64,000 nucleotides of DNA. Source: the human T2T-CHM13v2.0 reference genome, Homo sapiens. A program made the position numbers and the translations under genes. The DNA lies in assembly GCF_009914755.1 (NCBI RefSeq), contig NC_060937.1. The stretch is one strand, 5' to 3'. Each line of letters opens with the position of its first letter. Positions within the stretch are counted from its first letter, which is position 1. Below are positions 44,400-59,730 of the stretch, in pieces. Below the pieces are notes generated by a model. That model searched no databases and was not told the DNA's origin. It was given only the letters and a program-made list of their open reading frames with translations.

Positions 44400-47300
44400 G
44401 TACCCGACCGCTGACCGCCTCTGCTGGCTCGCGGGGGGGAAGCGCCGCCGAGGGGCAGCCCGCGCGCGGGGCCGGGGCGCCGTGTGGCCTGCGGGGCGGA
44501 GTAGGGAGAGGACGGAGGCCTCCTGGAACGGCGCGGCGACGGCTGGGCGCGGCTTGGGTGATGGGAGCCTCCGTGCGGGGTGACAGAGGGGCAGAGGGTG
44601 GCGCCGGGCCGGAGCCAGTGCGCGTCCCAGGAGCGGCGGAGCCCGCGCGGTGGCCGGGGAACGGGGGGCCGAGGGCCGAGGACGGTAGGAGGGCCCTGGG
44701 GCGCCGTGGTGCGCTGGTCGGATCCGTCTGCTCTGCTCTGTCCCCGCTCCCGGTCTGGGAAAGATGCTCGCCAACTGCGGGCTTGCTGTTTGGTCGGAGC
44801 TGGATACGGGGGCCCTCCTGGGGCCCAGGGACGCGGCGGGCGTGCAGGCGAGCTGGCCGGCTGAGCGGGCTTCGCGCACACCAGGAGCAGGGCCGTGTCT
44901 GCATCCCCAACTTGAAGTCCCAGTGCGACTGGGCAAGTACAGACCCTGCACGTCCTTGGACGAGAGGGACTGGATATTGCGACGCCTGGGCCGCAGAAAA
45001 GGACTCCACCAGCCAGGCCTCCTTCGCCCGCCCCCGGTTCGGGGTGTGTGTGTGCGTGTAGGAGGTCCCTTGGGGAGGGAGGCTCACCTGAGTCATCCCC
45101 AGAACCTGAAGTGCTGGCCAGATGTCCCCGAGGGCCCTGCCCTGGCCTTGGCTGGTCCTTGCACGCTGAGATGCCTTTTCAAATAGAACGGATAAGGTAG
45201 AAAGAATTTAAACAGGAGCTGAGCAAGTGCTTGGAGCCCCATCTCTTCATAGGGTTTTTTTGTCTTTCTGTTTGCCTTGTTGGTATTGGTGTATCTAACA
45301 TATTTTATACAGGAAGTAGTTCGTGTATATCTCATTTCTCATAAGGAGAGATTGCTGTTATCCACCTTGGTATAGAAGATAAATAGAAGCTCAGAGAAAG
45401 TGACTTAGCCAGGATTCTCCAGCCAGTGAGTGGCCGAAATGGTTAAACGCACCATTTGTTGCTGTAGTCATTAGATAGATTTTACCTTGTGTGTATGTTG
45501 GGCATCGTCAGAGAGTTTGGCTTTTTGTTTTCATCAGCACACACTGAGAATGCACTGGGTGGCGCTGAGAGGGTACTCTACACTGCACCTCACTCACACC
45601 AGCAGGGAGGCTTCTTAACACTTTATTTAGAGATTTATTTGTAGCTCTTTACCTTAAATTCACACACCGTGATTAGTAGCAAGATTTTTCATTGCGCTTG
45701 GTTGAGGATTTATTATCAGACTGCCTAAACTTTTACGAAAAGCCAGGTAGAGTTGTATATTACTGAGGCTTTAGGAAATATTTCAGTTAACTTAGGGATT
45801 GTGGTTAAATGCTCTAAATTAGTTATAACTCACATTAACTTAAAGTATTTTTGTTTTTTTAAGTAGAATTTTCCAGTACTAAAAGCACTTTTAGCACAAA
45901 GCAGCAGTGATAGTCTTCCCCAGACACGCTTCCTTAAAACAAAAGCCAAACAAATTTAACCTGTTCTTCCAGACTCAGAATTGTCTGAAGAGTTACCGAA
46001 TGGGATACATCTTAAGTCGCCTATTGTCAAGGCCTTTTTATCCTTCAGAACTTTGATCTTTATATGTAAATGTTTCTGTGTTAACATTTGAAATGTTAAG
46101 TTCAAATGGTGACGTCAGTAAGCCAGCTGGAACTTGCTTCACTGCCAAGTGCTGGGAAGTTTAGTTGACCTGCTTTGGCCCTTTTGCTAACAGAAGCTGT
46201 TTATCTTAGGTGAATGCTGGTGAGCAGCCTGGATTTTACTTTGTGTTAATACAATTCTATTCAAGTGAAAATGCTATACTTCTTATTTTGCCTTAAAATG
46301 GCAGCATTTTACACCTACTGTGTGCCCACAAAAATAAAAACAAAAACATGGCAGCACTTTGGTAAAATAGTGTCTTGTGGCCTGGCTTGTCCATTACTAA
46401 CCACAGCATCTGCACAGGTTTCTCTCTGGGCCCCAGTTTCCTTATCTGTAAAAGAAAGATAAAGTGCTAGTGAGGAGAGTGAATCACGATGTCTTGACTT
46501 CATCGAACATGTATCAAGTGTCTTGTTCTGTGCCAGGCTGTGTTCGAGGTGATTGAGTCCCACATGGAAGCAGTCAGTGCTGCAGCTTGCGGATGGTGCC
46601 ACATTCCTCGTGGGCAGGCAGTAGTAGGGTGCTGATTCTCTGCCAGTCCAGACATAAGAACTTCCTTCTTATGTCCAGGTCAGCCCCTACCATGTAGGTT
46701 GTCTGTGTGCTCGAAAGGTTTCAGAACCCCACATGTAATAATAGTTACTTTTGGTATCACTTTGAATTTTTAAAATTATGTAGCAAAAAAGTTACTATTA
46801 ATTATATTATGAGTTTAACATAATTTTAAGCTAGCTTCCATTTGAGAGCCGTTGTTCTCATGTGTAAATCTTGAAATATTCAGTTTCTGGATGGCGCTTC
46901 TTGTTCTCCAGGGTTCTTAGACCCAGCCCTTACGGTAGCATCATGGCCAGGGAACTGGGAATCTCACAAAGTCTTAAGATTTCACAACGGAACAGGAGCA
47001 GGAGGAGGCGACTCCCGCTGGTGGGTTGATCAAGTTGCTGTGAAGGTGGTTTGCACATTTTGGGCTTCAAAACACTACCTTCTGTATAAGATAAAGGAAT
47101 AGCTCAGAACAGGATTCCCCCCGTGTTTTCTTCCTAGCTATGATAAAGATTGCTGTGTGAATGCAGTGGGTTTTACACACTCAGAATTGATATTTTTGGC
47201 TTGTGGTAAATGGGACTTTAATGCTTAACCTGCTGTAGAAAAATCCGCCTTAGAAAGTGGCCCTTATTCGTATATTGTATTCGATGTTTGAGCCCCCTGA

Positions 47301-48231
47301 TATCTTATCATTTTAACAAAGCTTACCTTGAAGTGCAGGAAAAATTGTATGTGTTCTTGTCATTATTTGAATAACAACAAAAATCAGTATTAGCTTTAAA
47401 GCCTGTAGGTTTTAAGCGTATCCTTGCCTGGACTAGCATATCTCCTCTTTCTCAACCAAAAAGATCAGAAAGGTGCTATCCCAGTACCAAAAGTACTGGG
47501 AGGACTTTCAGCAGAGTGTGACGCAGAAGGGAAGCTTTTCCGCTCTGGGGAGCAGATGCGGAGAGGACAAGCACTTGGAACACAGCATCCCTGGGAGCTC
47601 TGGTGCTGCAGTTGTGACCCCGAGGCGGCCCTGCTGTGCCCTCCTGGGAGTGCTGGGCGACACTGGTTGCAGAGGGGCATTGGTGCTCCCCTCCACCTGA
47701 CAGGTGCTCCACCTGGACTCGTGGCTGCAGCTTAATTTTGTGTCAGATCCTTTCCGGTAATGTATAGGTTATTTCAACTATGAGGCAAAGTGCAAATGGG
47801 TAGTTCAGTGTGGGTTTATGGTATTTGCCCTTTTTGATATAAACATTAAATATTTCATACCTCACCTATAGTACTTTTTTTAAGACTTAAATCTGAAATT
47901 TAAGATACAGATGTTTGTAAGATATGAATCTTGGATATTGGGAGAAAGAAGCCTCCTGGAAAATATACAGTATTATCTGGTGGAACCATTTTATTCCTTT
48001 TCTTATTGTGAGAAATACACATTTATGAAGTATTACCATTTAGGAGTTGTTTTCATCAGGCAGGGTACATTGATATAAATGTTGATTTTTAACATCCGTA
48101 AGTTGAAGTCTGACTAAATTGTTTTTCTCTGTGATTTCATAAGTCACAATTTATATTTTATATGACCTTAAATATTTAATTTGAAGTACTGGTATATTTA
48201 AAGGTGCTAAAACTACACGCATGCATCTCTA

Positions 48232-48420
48232 CTAGTGGTTCTTAACCCAGGCTCATTTTGCCCCATCCAGAAGACATTTGGGAGTGTTGAGATATTGCTG
48301 GTTGTCACCACTGGGTGCGTGTACATGCACTGCTGACTGGGTAGAAGCCGGGGATGCTGCTCAGCATCCTTCAGTGCATAGAACAGCTCCCCACGACAAA
48401 GACAGGATGCTGATCGATAC
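48232..48420 (+). mobile_element. MER20 DNA transposon
   Basis: agtggttcttaacccaggg...attttgcccc...gacatttgg...ggttgtcaccactggg...gggatgctgct. Confidence 0.75.
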
Positions 48421-48426
48421 CCATAA

Positions 48427-48739
<313 letters not shown>

Positions 48740-48943
48740 TAGACAAGTGTATTGTTTTAAAACCATAATTTAGCCCTCCTGGAGGGATTTCAAGGATGGG
48801 TGCATTGGTCCCCTGCAGGTAGCTCAGCAAGCTTCATTGTGTCTCTCCTTGGCCCACAGTTTATAGTGATTCTGTGCCGGGTCTTGTGTGTTGGTCTGGA
48901 AGAAGGTGAAAAGGTTTGGGGTTGGGCTGAGCGCGGTGGCTCA

Positions 48944-49290
<347 letters not shown>

Positions 49291-50437
49291 CTAAGGCAGT
49301 TACATCTACTCATAAAGAAAATTCCTTCAAAAGTTTTGTTGAGTAAAAAGTAAAACTGTAAGAGTTAAAAGACAAAGCTCTTTTGCTGTGAAACGCTCAG
49401 TGAGCTTTGGACTGCAGTCAGTGGAACTTGTGACACTGGTTTTTCTCTGCTGCTGAGATAATTGGAAGGATAAAAATATTGAGTGCCTTGTTTGAAAAAA
49501 TACTGTTTATATTTGCAAAGATCCTTTCATTCTAGGGAGAATGTATGCTTTATTCATTGAGCTCTATAGAACATACCAGCATTTCTCTCATAGCCGAGCT
49601 GTTTTAAATATTAAGGTAAAATATATAACACAGGAAGCTCTTCAAGAAAGGCCAATTGAAGTGTAGCTGTTTAGAGACAACTCAAGATGATGAAAATACA
49701 TTAAATGCCACTTTGAACCCAATTTAAGAGGTGTGCCATATTTAGAATGCCATTTCTAGGTTATTTAATTAATACCCAGTTGAGTGTTGGAATACAGTTG
49801 GGAGTAATATGATGAATCTGTCAGACTTCTGAGCACCCCAGCGGATTACAGGTGGGAGCTTGCTTTCCAGTTTGTGAGGAGAGAAAAGACCTAATAATCC
49901 TAAAGGGAAATTGAAATGAAGTGATAGTTTATTAAGTAATAATGCATTTTTTTACTTGATAAAACTTTCTGGAAAATTAAATGGTCTTCCAAAATTTCAG
50001 ATACATTTCAAAAATAAACCTGATAGAAATAGCATATGTTGTCCTGGTGGGGTGGCTCATGCCTGTAATCCCAGCACTTTGGGAGGCTGAGGCGGGCAGA
50101 TCACTTGAGGTAAGGAGTTGGAGACCAGCCTGGCCAACATGGTGAAACCCTGTCTCTACTAAGAATACAAAAATTAGCAGGGCAGGGTGGCAGGTGCCTG
50201 TAATCCCAGATACTCCGGAGGCTGAGGCAGGAGAATCGCTTGAACCCAGGAGGTGGAGGTTGCAGTGAGCAGGATCGTGCCACTGCACTCCAGCTTGGGT
50301 GACAGAGCTAGACTCTGTCTCAAATAAATAAATAAATAGCATGTGTTACTATATGTGTTAATTACATGTGTTCAGGCTGGGCATGGTGGTTCACGCCTGT
50401 AATCCCAGCACTTTGAGAGGCTGCAGCTGGCAGATCA

Positions 50438-50710
<273 letters not shown>

Positions 50711-50842
50711 TTACAGAAATCCATTGGGTAAAAATCTATAGCATTCATAATAACTTTGGAGAGGGTTTTGGTTAATGGGCTATTATGTGTACTAACAATA
50801 TCTGTTTACCTTTCTGAATTATTCATTTTTCTTGTCTTTCAG

Positions 50843-50993
50843 TTTTAGAAAGAGCGTTTTCGCTACGTAAAGCACATTCGATAAAGGATATGGAAAATAC
50901 TTTGCAGCTGGTGAGAAATATCATACCTCCTCTGTCTTCCACAAAGCACAAAGGGCAAGATGGAAGAATAGGCGTAGTTGGAGGCTGTCAGGA
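50843..50993 (+). CDS. NAXD: NAXD exon 2
   Basis: Acceptor tttcttgtctttcag; encodes (V)[49 protein letters not shown](E); donor GA|gtaagt. HKG..GRI.VVGG is the YjeF-C/carbohydrate kinase motif. Internal ATG at 50890. Confidence 0.97.
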
Positions 50994-52301
50994 GTAAGTA
51001 GCTGATGTGCAGTGTTGGTGTTTAAAAAGTCAGTTGCTGGCTGGCTGCTTACCTGACTGTCATTCACGCTGTCTAGTTTGACCTCAGTAATCATTTCCAA
51101 ATGCAGCCTGATAGGACACTCAGTATTTTTCAGTGATCCACTTTTTGATTAACTAGGAAATAACTCTGAGGAGCCCTGACTGAATTACTCCCTCGTGTGT
51201 GTCAGTGTTAAGTTTTGTTGTAGTGGGGAAATGAGCCTGTTTTTTCCACTTTCTGCTTTTCTGTATTTAACTGGACTTCATACCACAAGCATGTTTTTTG
51301 TATTTAGGATAGAAACACTCAGCAACCTCTTGGTTTACTTTGTCAATTTAAAGATGTTACTGAAAGTCATTTATGAAATTTGACAAATCCCTAGCTTGCT
51401 TCTGTTCTGTTTTGCTGCTGTGTTTGGTACGTAGCTGTTTGTAAGTTGTCCTTGGGTGTGAAGGATACCTTCTGCCTCTGACGGAAAGCCTGCCGTGGCT
51501 CCTCTGTTTCTGCTTGCTTTCTGTTTGCATGGATGTGGTATCTCTCTTTGCCCATCCCTCCATTTGCAGCTGTTGATCGTGCCATAGGGTGTGTTAGAGT
51601 TGTTACTGGATCAGGTATGTGTGCATTTTACATGCTGGTGACGCTGCCGAATTGTCCCCCCATTGCGTTAGTGTGTGTTGCCTCCCAAGAGCACCTGTTC
51701 CCTGCAGCCCTTGGAGGACAACCTTTGCTAGTGAAGTCGACAAGCTTTCTTGTTGTTTTAATGCATTTCTCTTATTAGTGAGGCTTGTTTTCACATGATG
51801 GAAGAGTGTGTGCATGTATGTTGCCTGTTCTGTACTGTCTTTTGCATTTACAACGCTATTGACACCGCTTTGCAGGAGAAGGCCATGTAAGGTGATGGGT
51901 ATCAGCATTTGCCCAGGTCTCTCTTTCTTGGGTTAGCAAAACATTTCACTGCTCGGAATGGACATAAAGGTTGCATTTGCCCATCTGACGGAGGGCAGGG
52001 CTCTTCCTTTCTGTGCCTGAAGTGCCCTTAGACCTGGAGAGCCAGGGATTCCAGAACAGCCAGGCGGAAGCAGCTGGGTGGTGGGTGCCGTTTCTTGTTT
52101 GTCCCAGGTGGCCCCCATCTGGCCTCTGCTGACTGTGACTCTTGGAGGACGGGGTCTGCCCACTCTGGGACCCTGTCCATGCCCGACTGCTCCGAACATG
52201 TGGTTGTCACTTTCTTCTCTCCAGGCAGAAGCCTGCGGTCAGCTCCTTACCTTGAACATTCACATTGCAGGGAGACTGCAGGCATTACTGCCAGAGATTC
52301 A

Positions 52302-52763
<462 letters not shown>

Positions 52764-52859
52764 TTATTTATGTCTATTTTTTATTGATAACCTATTTATT
52801 GATCAAGGTATGCTTACCTTATTCTCAGAAGTTTTTGACTCTAAATACCTTCTTTTTAG

Positions 52860-52905
52860 GTACACTGGAGCCCCATATTTTGCAGCAATCTCAGCTCTCA
52901 AAGTG
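52860..52905 (+). CDS. NAXD: NAXD exon 3
   Basis: tctttttag|G TAC ACT GGA GCC CCA..., encoding YTGAPYFAAISALKV; donor GTG|gtatgt. Confidence 0.97.
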
Positions 52906-53049
52906 GTATGTTTACTTAAAATTTCTTTATTGGGATTTTTCTGGTAGAGAGTTTGATTATTTAAATATGATTAAAGCAAATGTTTTCTGATAGAAATCTA
53001 AATAATAGGGTAATCATAGCTAATAGAAACACCGTTAAGTCTATCCTGA

Positions 53050-53407
<358 letters not shown>

Positions 53408-53810
53408 TAAAGCGTGATTTGTATTGTACTCCACCAAAGTGCACCTGGGATGCCTTTGTAGGTCCCAGCTGAAGCCGCTGATCCTGCAGTTTCCCATGAG
53501 CTGAGCAAGTGCTAACGGCCGGCCTCTTCCTGTGACCCTTCCTCCTGGAGGGTGACCAGACCGAGCTGGGCCGTGCTGGTGTGTGTGGCTCTGACCCTGC
53601 CTCTGCAGTGGCGGCAAAAGTCTTTCTTTTTAGGTATTGTGCTCTGCGCCCTGGCCCTTTGCTAAGCCACCTGGCTGGGTGTAATCCGAGCTAGTACGTT
53701 TCTCATGCACGTCACCAGGGCTGAGTAATGAGCGCTGGACGCCTGTGTCTGGCGGGTGGGCAGCGATGCCGGAGCGATCCCTGAGTCGGCCTCTTGTGCT
53801 CCTTCATCAG

Positions 53811-53899
53811 GGCGCAGACTTGTCCCACGTGTTCTGTGCCAGTGCGGCCGCACCTGTGATTAAGGCCTACAGCCCGGAGCTGATCGTCCACCCAGTTCT
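53811..53899 (+). CDS. NAXD: NAXD exon 4
   Basis: ccttcatcag|GGC GCA GAC..., encoding [29 protein letters not shown](L); donor CT|gtgagt. Confidence 0.97.
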
Positions 53900-56058
53900 G
53901 TGAGTCGCTCTGCGCCGGCTTCTCGTAGGTTCTCTTTCCCTCCTGCATCATTTGGGGTTTTGGCACTGACACCGAAAGCGTCCTGATGGATTTTCCATCC
54001 TCAGAGTTTCTCAGCAGGTGCTGTAGAGGAAGTAGGGAAATGAAGGAGCCCGTTCTTCTGGGGTCAGAATAAGACAGAGACGGAGGGGTGGAGAGGTGGG
54101 TGGGGGAGCTTGGGCCTGTTGGAAATGGCCGGGGCCCAGCTCCAGAGGCAGGGAGGCCCTGTGGGCTGTGTGTGACAGGTTTGCAGAAGGTGGAAACGAA
54201 GGGCCTCTGAGCAATAACAAGACCCTTCCTGCACTCGGCACATATGTCTGGTGCCAGGCCCTAGCCTGTGTTCCATGGGTCAGCGTGGAACTGGGCAGGC
54301 AAAAACCTGCCCCCGTGGGGCTCCCCCAGACCGCCTATGCTATAGAGCTTGCTGTGTGGAGGTGTTCTCTCTGCCGTCCAGGATTGTGGCCACTGAGGGC
54401 TTGAAATGTGGCTGGGAGGTGCGGGAGCAGAGCGTTTGCTCTTGTTTACTTTTCATTGTGTGTGTTTGCACCGACTGGATTGGGCTGTGCTGCTCTGGAG
54501 ACAAGGGAGAGGAGGATGTCAGGTGGTGAAGGAACCGTAGAGAGCGGCAGCAGGGAGGGGGCTGTGAGAGTGGGCAGAGGGGCGGTTGGGGCGGCAGCAC
54601 AGTGTGATGACGCCTGGGTCGAGCCCGGCCTCTCCACACCAGAGAGGAGCCGGCGCGGAGCTCCAGGTGCGGTGCTGTGATGTGTCGGGTGACCAAGAGG
54701 TGCAGGGCTGGGCCCCACAGGGTGTGGGGCTGCTGTCAGGGCTGTGGCTCTGGCCCTGAGTAAGCAGGGCAGGGCCAGTGTGGGTCATAAAGGCTCCTAG
54801 GCGGCTGTGGGGCTGGGCCGGAGGCTGTGGTAAGGACCTGTGGGAGGGAAGGGTGCAGTCAGATGGTGAGAGGGGCGGATTCTGGGTATGTTTGGAAAGT
54901 TTGGGGGTGGAATTTGCCGACAGATTGGATTGGAAAAGGCAAGGGGCACAGACTCCACCAAGGGTTTTGGGCTGAGCGAGTGGTCACTCCATGTGGTGGA
55001 AACGGGCTTGGGTGGGATGAAGATGAGGCGTTGGGTGTAGGGCGCAGTTTGGCTGCCAGTTAGACATCCAAGGGACGTGGCTAGAGGGCATTGGACAGTG
55101 GGGACACGGGCTTGGGAGTCATGCACATGTGGACGGTGCTTAAAGCTGGAAGACGAGGGAGTAAGAGGCGGAGGGGGGCTGGGGTTGGGGGCAGGGGGGA
55201 CTTGGCACTCAGATGCTGGGAGCACGGGCTGGGGAGGAGGCAGCAGGGGCCTCCAGGAGTCAGTGAAGCCGCTGTTTCCAGACAGCTCCAGAAGGGCCTG
55301 TGTGTGCGACTCTGGGTCAGTTGGAGATGAGGCCTGAGAACAGTTGGTGCATCTCACAGTGCGGGGTGACCCTGACAAGGGAGCTTGTCGGGGAGGAAAG
55401 GGGACAGAAGCCTTAACAGTGGGCTCTAGGAGAGGTCACACCGAACAGGAAGGAGTTCTGAAAAAGCAAACCCCTGCCCTGTTCTGAATGAGAAACTGCA
55501 GCAGGGTCAGTGCGTTGTGTGGGGCCTGGTCTATAAGCACACAAAGTAGGCTTTACAGCCACACATGTATGTGATGGAAACAAACGGGCTAACTTTAGAG
55601 GGCAAAGATGATTTTGAAAATAGCCATCGTTCTTTTTCTAACTTGTCGTAACTGTTGAAAGCTAGGCATGTAAATCTGGGCATTAAAAGAGAGATCAGGG
55701 AGAGGCAATGGCCACATGCAGTGTGGGGCCTGGTTTGGGTCCTGACATGGGAAGAGGACATCAAGAGGAAATGGGAAATTTGGAAAATGCTGTGGTTTAA
55801 TGAATAGTATTAACCAATGTGAACTTGGTCATGCTGATCCGGAATGTGGGTGTGTGAGGCGTTAACCTCGGGGAGGCTAGGCGAAGGGTACATGGGAGCC
55901 TTCTGTACTGATTAAATAATAAATCTAAATTACAGAAATTATTTAAAAGTCATTACTATTTATAAGTTATTTTTTCAAAATAAAATGTAAACAAATACAT
56001 GACAGTAAGTAAATGAGGAATTGTGGGTAACCATCCTGGCCTTCCTTTCCTTCTTTAG

Positions 56059-56167
56059 TGACAGCCCCAATGCTGTTCATGAGGTGGAGAAGTGGCTGCC
56101 CCGGCTGCATGCTCTTGTCGTAGGACCTGGCTTGGGTAGAGATGATGCGCTTCTCAGAAATGTCCAG
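56059..56167 (+). CDS. NAXD: NAXD exon 5
   Basis: ttctttag|T GAC AGC..., encoding [36 protein letters not shown] (GPGLG motif); donor CAG|gtaatg. Confidence 0.97.
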
Positions 56168-57909
56168 GTAATGTGTATACTCACTCACTTCCCTCATGAC
56201 AGGCTTAGCCTTAGGCGTGAAGTTGGAACAGAGGCATTTCTCTTGCATTTTGTGTAGTGTTCCGTGTGCCTCTTCGTGGCATGATTGAGATAAGATTTGA
56301 GGGACGGAGGAGAAACTGAGTGCAAAGGTGGGGAGGAACTGTGCTGAGATCTGCTTCTCTCCGGGCCCGACTGTTTTCTCATGGAGCAGCTGCAGGAGGT
56401 GTGTGTGTGGAGTTGCTCAGTTGTTTTATGTCTGATGTGAGGAGAGGGTGAGCAGGACTGAGGAGGTGACAGAGGTTTGGGGTCAGGCCTGGGTGTATCT
56501 CCCAGGCCACCCCCTTCTTGCTGGGGGATCCTGGGGTTCCCTCAGCCTCCTGGGCCATTGTTCCCACACAGCCCTGGCGCCATGCTCTGCTGACATCAGG
56601 CTGTGAGGTGACACGGGCCTGCTTGTCCGTGCCCACATGCATATGCGCATGGACTCTCATTTATGCTGGTATTTCTTTCTTAAAGTTCATCTTATGCCCA
56701 CCTAAATCCAAAAGATGAAAGTTATTCTGATCACTTTGTGCCTGCTGTAAATAAATACCACCTGGGATCAGGGGCGATAAAAAGATGGGGATGGCTGCCA
56801 GCTCTGTGTTCCCTGCGTCCTCTGACGCTCCCTGGGCTGGTGTGTCTCTGCTGGGGGTTGTGCTCCTGTGGGGCTGCCCTCTGAGACCCTTTCTCAAGTT
56901 CCGGGGGACCCCTGTTAGAGCTCCTGGGGGAAGACACAGTGTGCCAGATGGCTTGGTGCCACAGGGTGCTCACATGTGCAAGGCTTGGTGACTGCATGGG
57001 GATCAGAGGCTGGGCATTAGTGAGGGACTACGCTTGAAGCCCTTAGAAGGTGCCTGGCCATTTTGTGTTCCCCAGATCAGCAGTCACCCTGAAAATGCCA
57101 GCCATCTGCATGGCACTCTGTTGGGTGCTTAGTTAATGGAGGGGTCTCTGAGGCTGCGGGGCTTGAAGGCGGCGAGTGATGGAGCCAGCAGTGCAGGATG
57201 AGTCATCTGAGGGGCAGGCAGACGCAGGCTGACACTGCACAGACCAGGAAAAGCGGCGTGGAGTCAGCACGGGAGCCCGTCTTTGAGCTTTAAGGTCTTA
57301 CCCGCTCACCGGGAAGGAGGAGGTGGCCATGTTTAGGAGCAGTAGAACCCTCTGTCATCCCCGGGGAGAGGCTCTCAGTGGGGAGTCCCATCTGCAGGCT
57401 GCGGGTCTGCGGTGCACGGCTGCTGCTTCCTGTCCAGCTCTGCATCCTGGGGGTGCGGATGAATTAGAGGTGAACGAGCCAGAGTGCTCTGCTTCAGGTT
57501 ATTTTCTTTGTGAATTTAAGTTCATAATTTAAAAACTGGTATCTTAAAAAACCACTGTACTGCGTGGAAGTGTGAAAGGTGGGAAGTGAGGGTGTGCGTC
57601 GCTGCCCCTGCAGCCCAGACTCTGGACCTTGCATTCTGGTTCCTGTACACTGTTGCCGTGGTCTTGAGAGCCCTCAGGTCATCTAGCGTGGGCTGCCGCC
57701 TCCTCGTCAGCTTCCAGCTCGTGTCTGGTGCGGAGCAGAGGCTTCCTACTTCGTCGACGTTCCTGAATGAGGTCATCATCTGGTGTGTCCTGAAAACAAC
57801 CCGATTAGGTAGATTCCTATTCATAGCCCCATTCTTCTGATGACAGATTGAGTCCTGGCAAGGATTCAAGATGCCCGTGGGATCTTGTAGCAAAGAAACT
57901 GCAGAGATG

Positions 57910-59730
57910 GTTTTTTAAAAACGACTTTATTTAGATGATTTACCTACCATACCCCTCACCCATTTAAAGTGAACTATGCGGTGGCTTCAAGTATATTCAT
58001 AGTTGTGCAACCATCACCATGATCAACCTTAGAATATGTTTATTGCCTCCAGAAGCAGCCCATCCCCGTTAGCATCTGCTCCCTGTTCCCCAGTCTCCCC
58101 AGTTCCTGGCAGCCACTCAGCTAGTATGCTTTCTGTCTCTCTGGATTCGCCTGTTCAGGACATTTCATATGAATGGAATTATGCAACGTGTGCTATTTAG
58201 TGATTAGTTATGTCACTCTGCATAATTTTATATTTAGAGTTACCTGTGTTGTAGCATGTATCAGTATTCCATTCCTTTTTATATCTAATATTTCACTGTA
58301 TGCATACACCACCTTTGGTTTATCTGTTGATTAATTTATGGAAAATTGGTTTCCACTTTTTGTGTGGATGTGTTTTCACTCTCCTGGGTGTTAAGTGTTT
58401 CACATTTTGAGGCCCTGCCACTGTTTCCCATAGCGGCTGCACTATTTTCCATTCCCTCTAGCAGTGTGCGAGGGCTCTGATTCTCCACATCGTTCCCAGC
58501 ACTTGTTACTGTTGTTGTCTACTTAGCAGCCACTCTAGTGGGCGTGGAGCGACCTCACTGTGGTTTGGTTTGCGTTTTCCTGGCAGCTGATGCTGTTGAG
58601 CATCTTTGCATGTGCTCATTGGCTGTTTGGGTATCTTTTTTTTTGTTTTTGTTTTGTTTTGTTTTTGAGACATATTCTCACTCTGTCACCCAGGCTGGAG
58701 TATAATGGCGTGATCTTGGCTCACTGCAATCTCCACCTCCTGGGTTTAAGTGATTCCTTTGCCTTGGCCTCCAAGTAGCTTGGACTACAGGCGCCCACCA
58801 TCACACCCAGCTAATTTTTGTATTTTTAGTAGAGATGGGGTTTCACCATGTTGGCCAGGCTGGTCTCGAACTCCTGACCTCAGGTATCCGCCCGCCTCAG
58901 CCTCCCAAAGTGCTGGGGTTACAGGCGTGAGCTACCATGCCTGGCCTCTTTGGGTATCTTCTTTGGAGAAGTGTCTATTCATACCCTTTCCCCACTTTGA
59001 AAACTGTTTTTTGCCTTTTTATTATTGACTTTTAGGAGTTCTTCATATACGTTCTAGACACAGGTTCCTTATCAGAGAGACGATTTGCCGATATCCTCTC
59101 ATTCTGTAGGTTGTCTTTTCACTTCGATGGTTTTGTTTACAGCACAGTTTTTAATTTTGAAGTCCAATTTAGCTGTTTTTTCTTTTGTCCCTTGTGCTGT
59201 TGGTGTCTTATCTCAGAAGCTTCTGCCTAACCCAAGGTTTACTCCTACATGTTAAGAGCCTTATTGTTTTGGTTGTTACTTTAGCTCTGCGGTGCATGTC
59301 GAGCTGATGCTGGTGTGGTAGGAGGAGGCTCCAGCGTCAGTCTTTTGCTTGTGGGTGTCCAGCTGTTGCAGCACCATGTGCTGGAGAGACTCCTTTTTCC
59401 TCCCAACTTGTCATCCTCCCTGACAATCCGTTGACCCTAAATGTGAAGGCTTATTTCTGGACTGTTGTTTCTGTTTTGTTGATCTGTACAGCTGTCCTGC
59501 AACTGCCCGGTCTTGACTGCTGTGGCTGTGTAGGAAGCCTTGACGTCGAAAGCCCGAGTCCTCCAAATTCGCTCTTTTTAAGGTTGTTTTGGCTCTCCTG
59601 GGTCCCATGCATTCCAGTTTTGGATCAGCTTGCTGATTTGTGGAATAGGCAGCCGCAACTTTGGTAGGGATGATGTTGAAACTGAAGATCAGTTGGGGGA
59701 ATGTCTAACAACATTAAGTCTTCTGGTTCC
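57910..59730 (-). mobile_element. Old L1M(B/E) 3' fragment with an Alu (about 58636-58946)
   Basis: ccatttaaagtg...atattcatagttgtgcaaccatcacca...ggacatttcatatgaatggaat L1 3' UTR pattern. Confidence 0.75.

Larger units (their letters stand above)
43940..45060. promoter_or_regulatory. CpG island / TATA-less NAXD promoter
   Basis: Abrupt high GC and CpG density; several ETS-type CCGGAA/TTCCGG cores at about 44155-44217; GC boxes; surrounds both first exons. Confidence 0.9.

Noticed and set aside
44000-45096. Long ORFs on both strands (353, 337, 264 and 215 aa) across the NAXD promoter
   Set aside because: Expected from stop-codon depletion in a GC-rich CpG island; low-complexity Ala/Gly/Pro/Arg content. 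Only the exon 1a and 1b portions are supported.
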